Origin: Candidatus Electrothrix yaqonensis | GTDB taxonomy: Bacteria > Desulfobacterota > Desulfobulbia > Desulfobulbales > Desulfobulbaceae | DNA: 32,000 bases | Assembly (NCBI GenBank): GCA_047651235.1 | Contig: CP178758.1 | Location: 1,020,001 to 1,052,000 of the forward strand | Direction of reading: 5' to 3' | Part shown: piece by piece, positions 31,003 through 32,000 of the stretch | Position numbering within the stretch: position 1 is the first letter of the stretch | How the letters are laid out: the number at the start of each line of letters is the position of its first letter | Position numbers and translations under genes: made by a program | The notes under the pieces: generated by a model | The model's database searches: none | The model's input: the letters and a program-made list of their open reading frames with translations, nothing else | What the model was told of the DNA's origin: nothing

Positions 31003-32000
31003 ATGCATGGCATGGAAATAACAGCGCGCCATAAGATCGTTCTCGGAGCCGGGTTTGGTGATGAAGGCAAAGGAATGTTTACGGATTACCTGTGCCGAAA
31101 CGCTAAACGCCCTTTGGTTATCCGTTTTTCCGGGGGACAGCAGGCCGGGCATACAGTCGTGAGCGACGGTATCCGGCATGTTTTTTCCAATTTAGGTGCA
31201 GGTACCCTGCAGGGAGCACCGAGCTATTTTGCCCGATTCTGCACGATTGATCCGGTAGGGATTATCAACGAGCTTGAGGCGCTACGTGAAAAAGGAGTAG
31301 AACCGCTGCTCTACATTGACGCCGAATGTCCGGTCACAACGCCCTATGACATCCGCTACAATCAGCAGCATCACCCGCACGGGAGCTGCGGGGTCGGGGT
31401 CGGCGCAACCGTCAATCGGGAAGAGCATTTTTATTCGCTTACCTTTGCGGATCTGTTTTACCCGTGGGTCCTGGAAACCCGTCTTGAACTGCTGAAAAGG
31501 TTCTACAAAGGATATACAGATGTCGATCTGGAGGATTTTCTGGAATGCTGTGCTGTTCTTACCGGTTCCCCCTGGATTCGCAGAACCAGCGGACTGCCTG
31601 CCGATCCGCCTGATAGCCTGTACAGCGACTATATCTACGAAGGTTCCCAGGGCCTGCTGCTTGACCAGCATTACGGTTTTTTCCCCTATGTGACCCGTTC
31701 CGATACTGGAACAAAAAATGCTCTCTCCCTGTGCGGGGAGAACGAACCGGAAATATATCTGATCACCAGGGCGTATCAGACACGGCACGGCAAAGGGCCC
31801 ATGTCCAATGAAGAACTGCCGCACAATATCCGGCGAAATCCTCTGGAAACAAATACCTGCAACCGATTTCAGGGAGAGTTCCGGCGCACTCTGCTGGATC
31901 TTTCTCTGCTTGAATATGCCGTCAGCCGGGATACTCTGCTCCGTTCCTCATCGAAGAAGCATCTTGTTATCAACTGTTTGGATCATATTCGCGATGAATA
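31003..32000 (+). CDS. adenylosuccinate synthetase (PurA/PurZ superfamily)-like protein, divergent, 3'-partial (runs off window)
   Basis: I translated this manually, as it is not in the ORF track. The product starts MHGMEITARHKIVLGAGFGDEGKGMFTDYL (P-loop). It contains RFSGGQQAGHTV, GSCGVGVGATVNRE, YEGSQGLLLDQHYGFFPYVTRSDT and ITRAYQTRHGKGP. An RBS agggga lies upstream of ATG 31003, and an in-frame ATG also occurs at 31012. Confidence 0.8.
   Translation, partial: MHGMEITARHKIVLGAGFGDEGKGMFTDYLCRNAKRPLVIRFSGGQQAGHTVVSDGIRHVFSNLGAGTLQGAPSYFARFCTIDPVGIINELEALREKGVEPLLYIDAECPVTTPYDIRYNQQHHPHGSCGVGVGATVNREEHFYSLTFADLFYPWVLETRLELLKRFYKGYTDVDLEDFLECCAVLTGSPWIRRTSGLPADPPDSLYSDYIYEGSQGLLLDQHYGFFPYVTRSDTGTKNALSLCGENEPEIYLITRAYQTRHGKGPMSNEELPHNIRRNPLETNTCNRFQGEFRRTLLDLSLLEYAVSRDTLLRSSSKKHLVINCLDHIRDE

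Noticed and set aside
30288-31070. 260-aa minus-strand ORF, plus the 180-aa ORF at 31282-31824
   Set aside because: They are antisense to the vWA gene and to the PurA-like gene respectively. The plus-strand translations carry clear family motifs.
1-32000. Scan for CRISPR arrays, tRNA, rRNA and tmRNA genes
   Set aside because: I saw no regularly spaced direct repeats, cloverleaf-capable segments with conserved GTTC/TPsiC-type boxes, or rRNA-like sequence. The only multi-copy sequences are the IS and the 107-bp element.

Overview
This is a roughly 50-55% G+C chromosomal window from a Gram-negative bacterium. The gene content (two-CW domain protein, REC-PAS-HK-REC hybrid kinase, cold-shock/DUF1294 fusion) suggests Desulfobacterota, but that is inference only. 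The housekeeping backbone is ruvA, a hybrid sensor kinase, an isochorismatase-family hydrolase, alaS, an MltB-type lytic transglycosylase, a periplasmic thioredoxin-like protein, a Wza-like polysaccharide export lipoprotein and a PepF-type M3 oligoendopeptidase. alaS is translationally coupled (ATGA overlap) to an orphan lipid module: a CHH-type ketoacyl-ACP synthase, a dedicated ACP and two paralogous CrtI-like FAD oxidoreductases. Accessory and decayed material is interspersed with the backbone. There are two copies of one internally deleted, frameshifted IS701-like element. There are two copies of a 107-bp TA-flanked inverted-repeat element. There are also a MntA-like nucleotidyltransferase pseudogene, an IS-truncated tandem-repeat protein pseudogene, and a sharply AT-rich island encoding a split P-loop NTPase. 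The best candidate for an undescribed system is at the right end (29.1-32.0 kb). There, an internally duplicated HigA-like HTH and a sulfotransferase-fold gene are transcribed divergently from a tightly packed operon. That operon encodes a small coiled-coil protein, a vWA protein with a complete MIDAS motif, and a divergent adenylosuccinate-synthetase (PurA/PurZ superfamily) paralog. The paralog runs off the window and is absent from the supplied ORF track. I saw no rRNA, tRNA or CRISPR array. All homology calls rest on motif recognition by eye, with no searches run.
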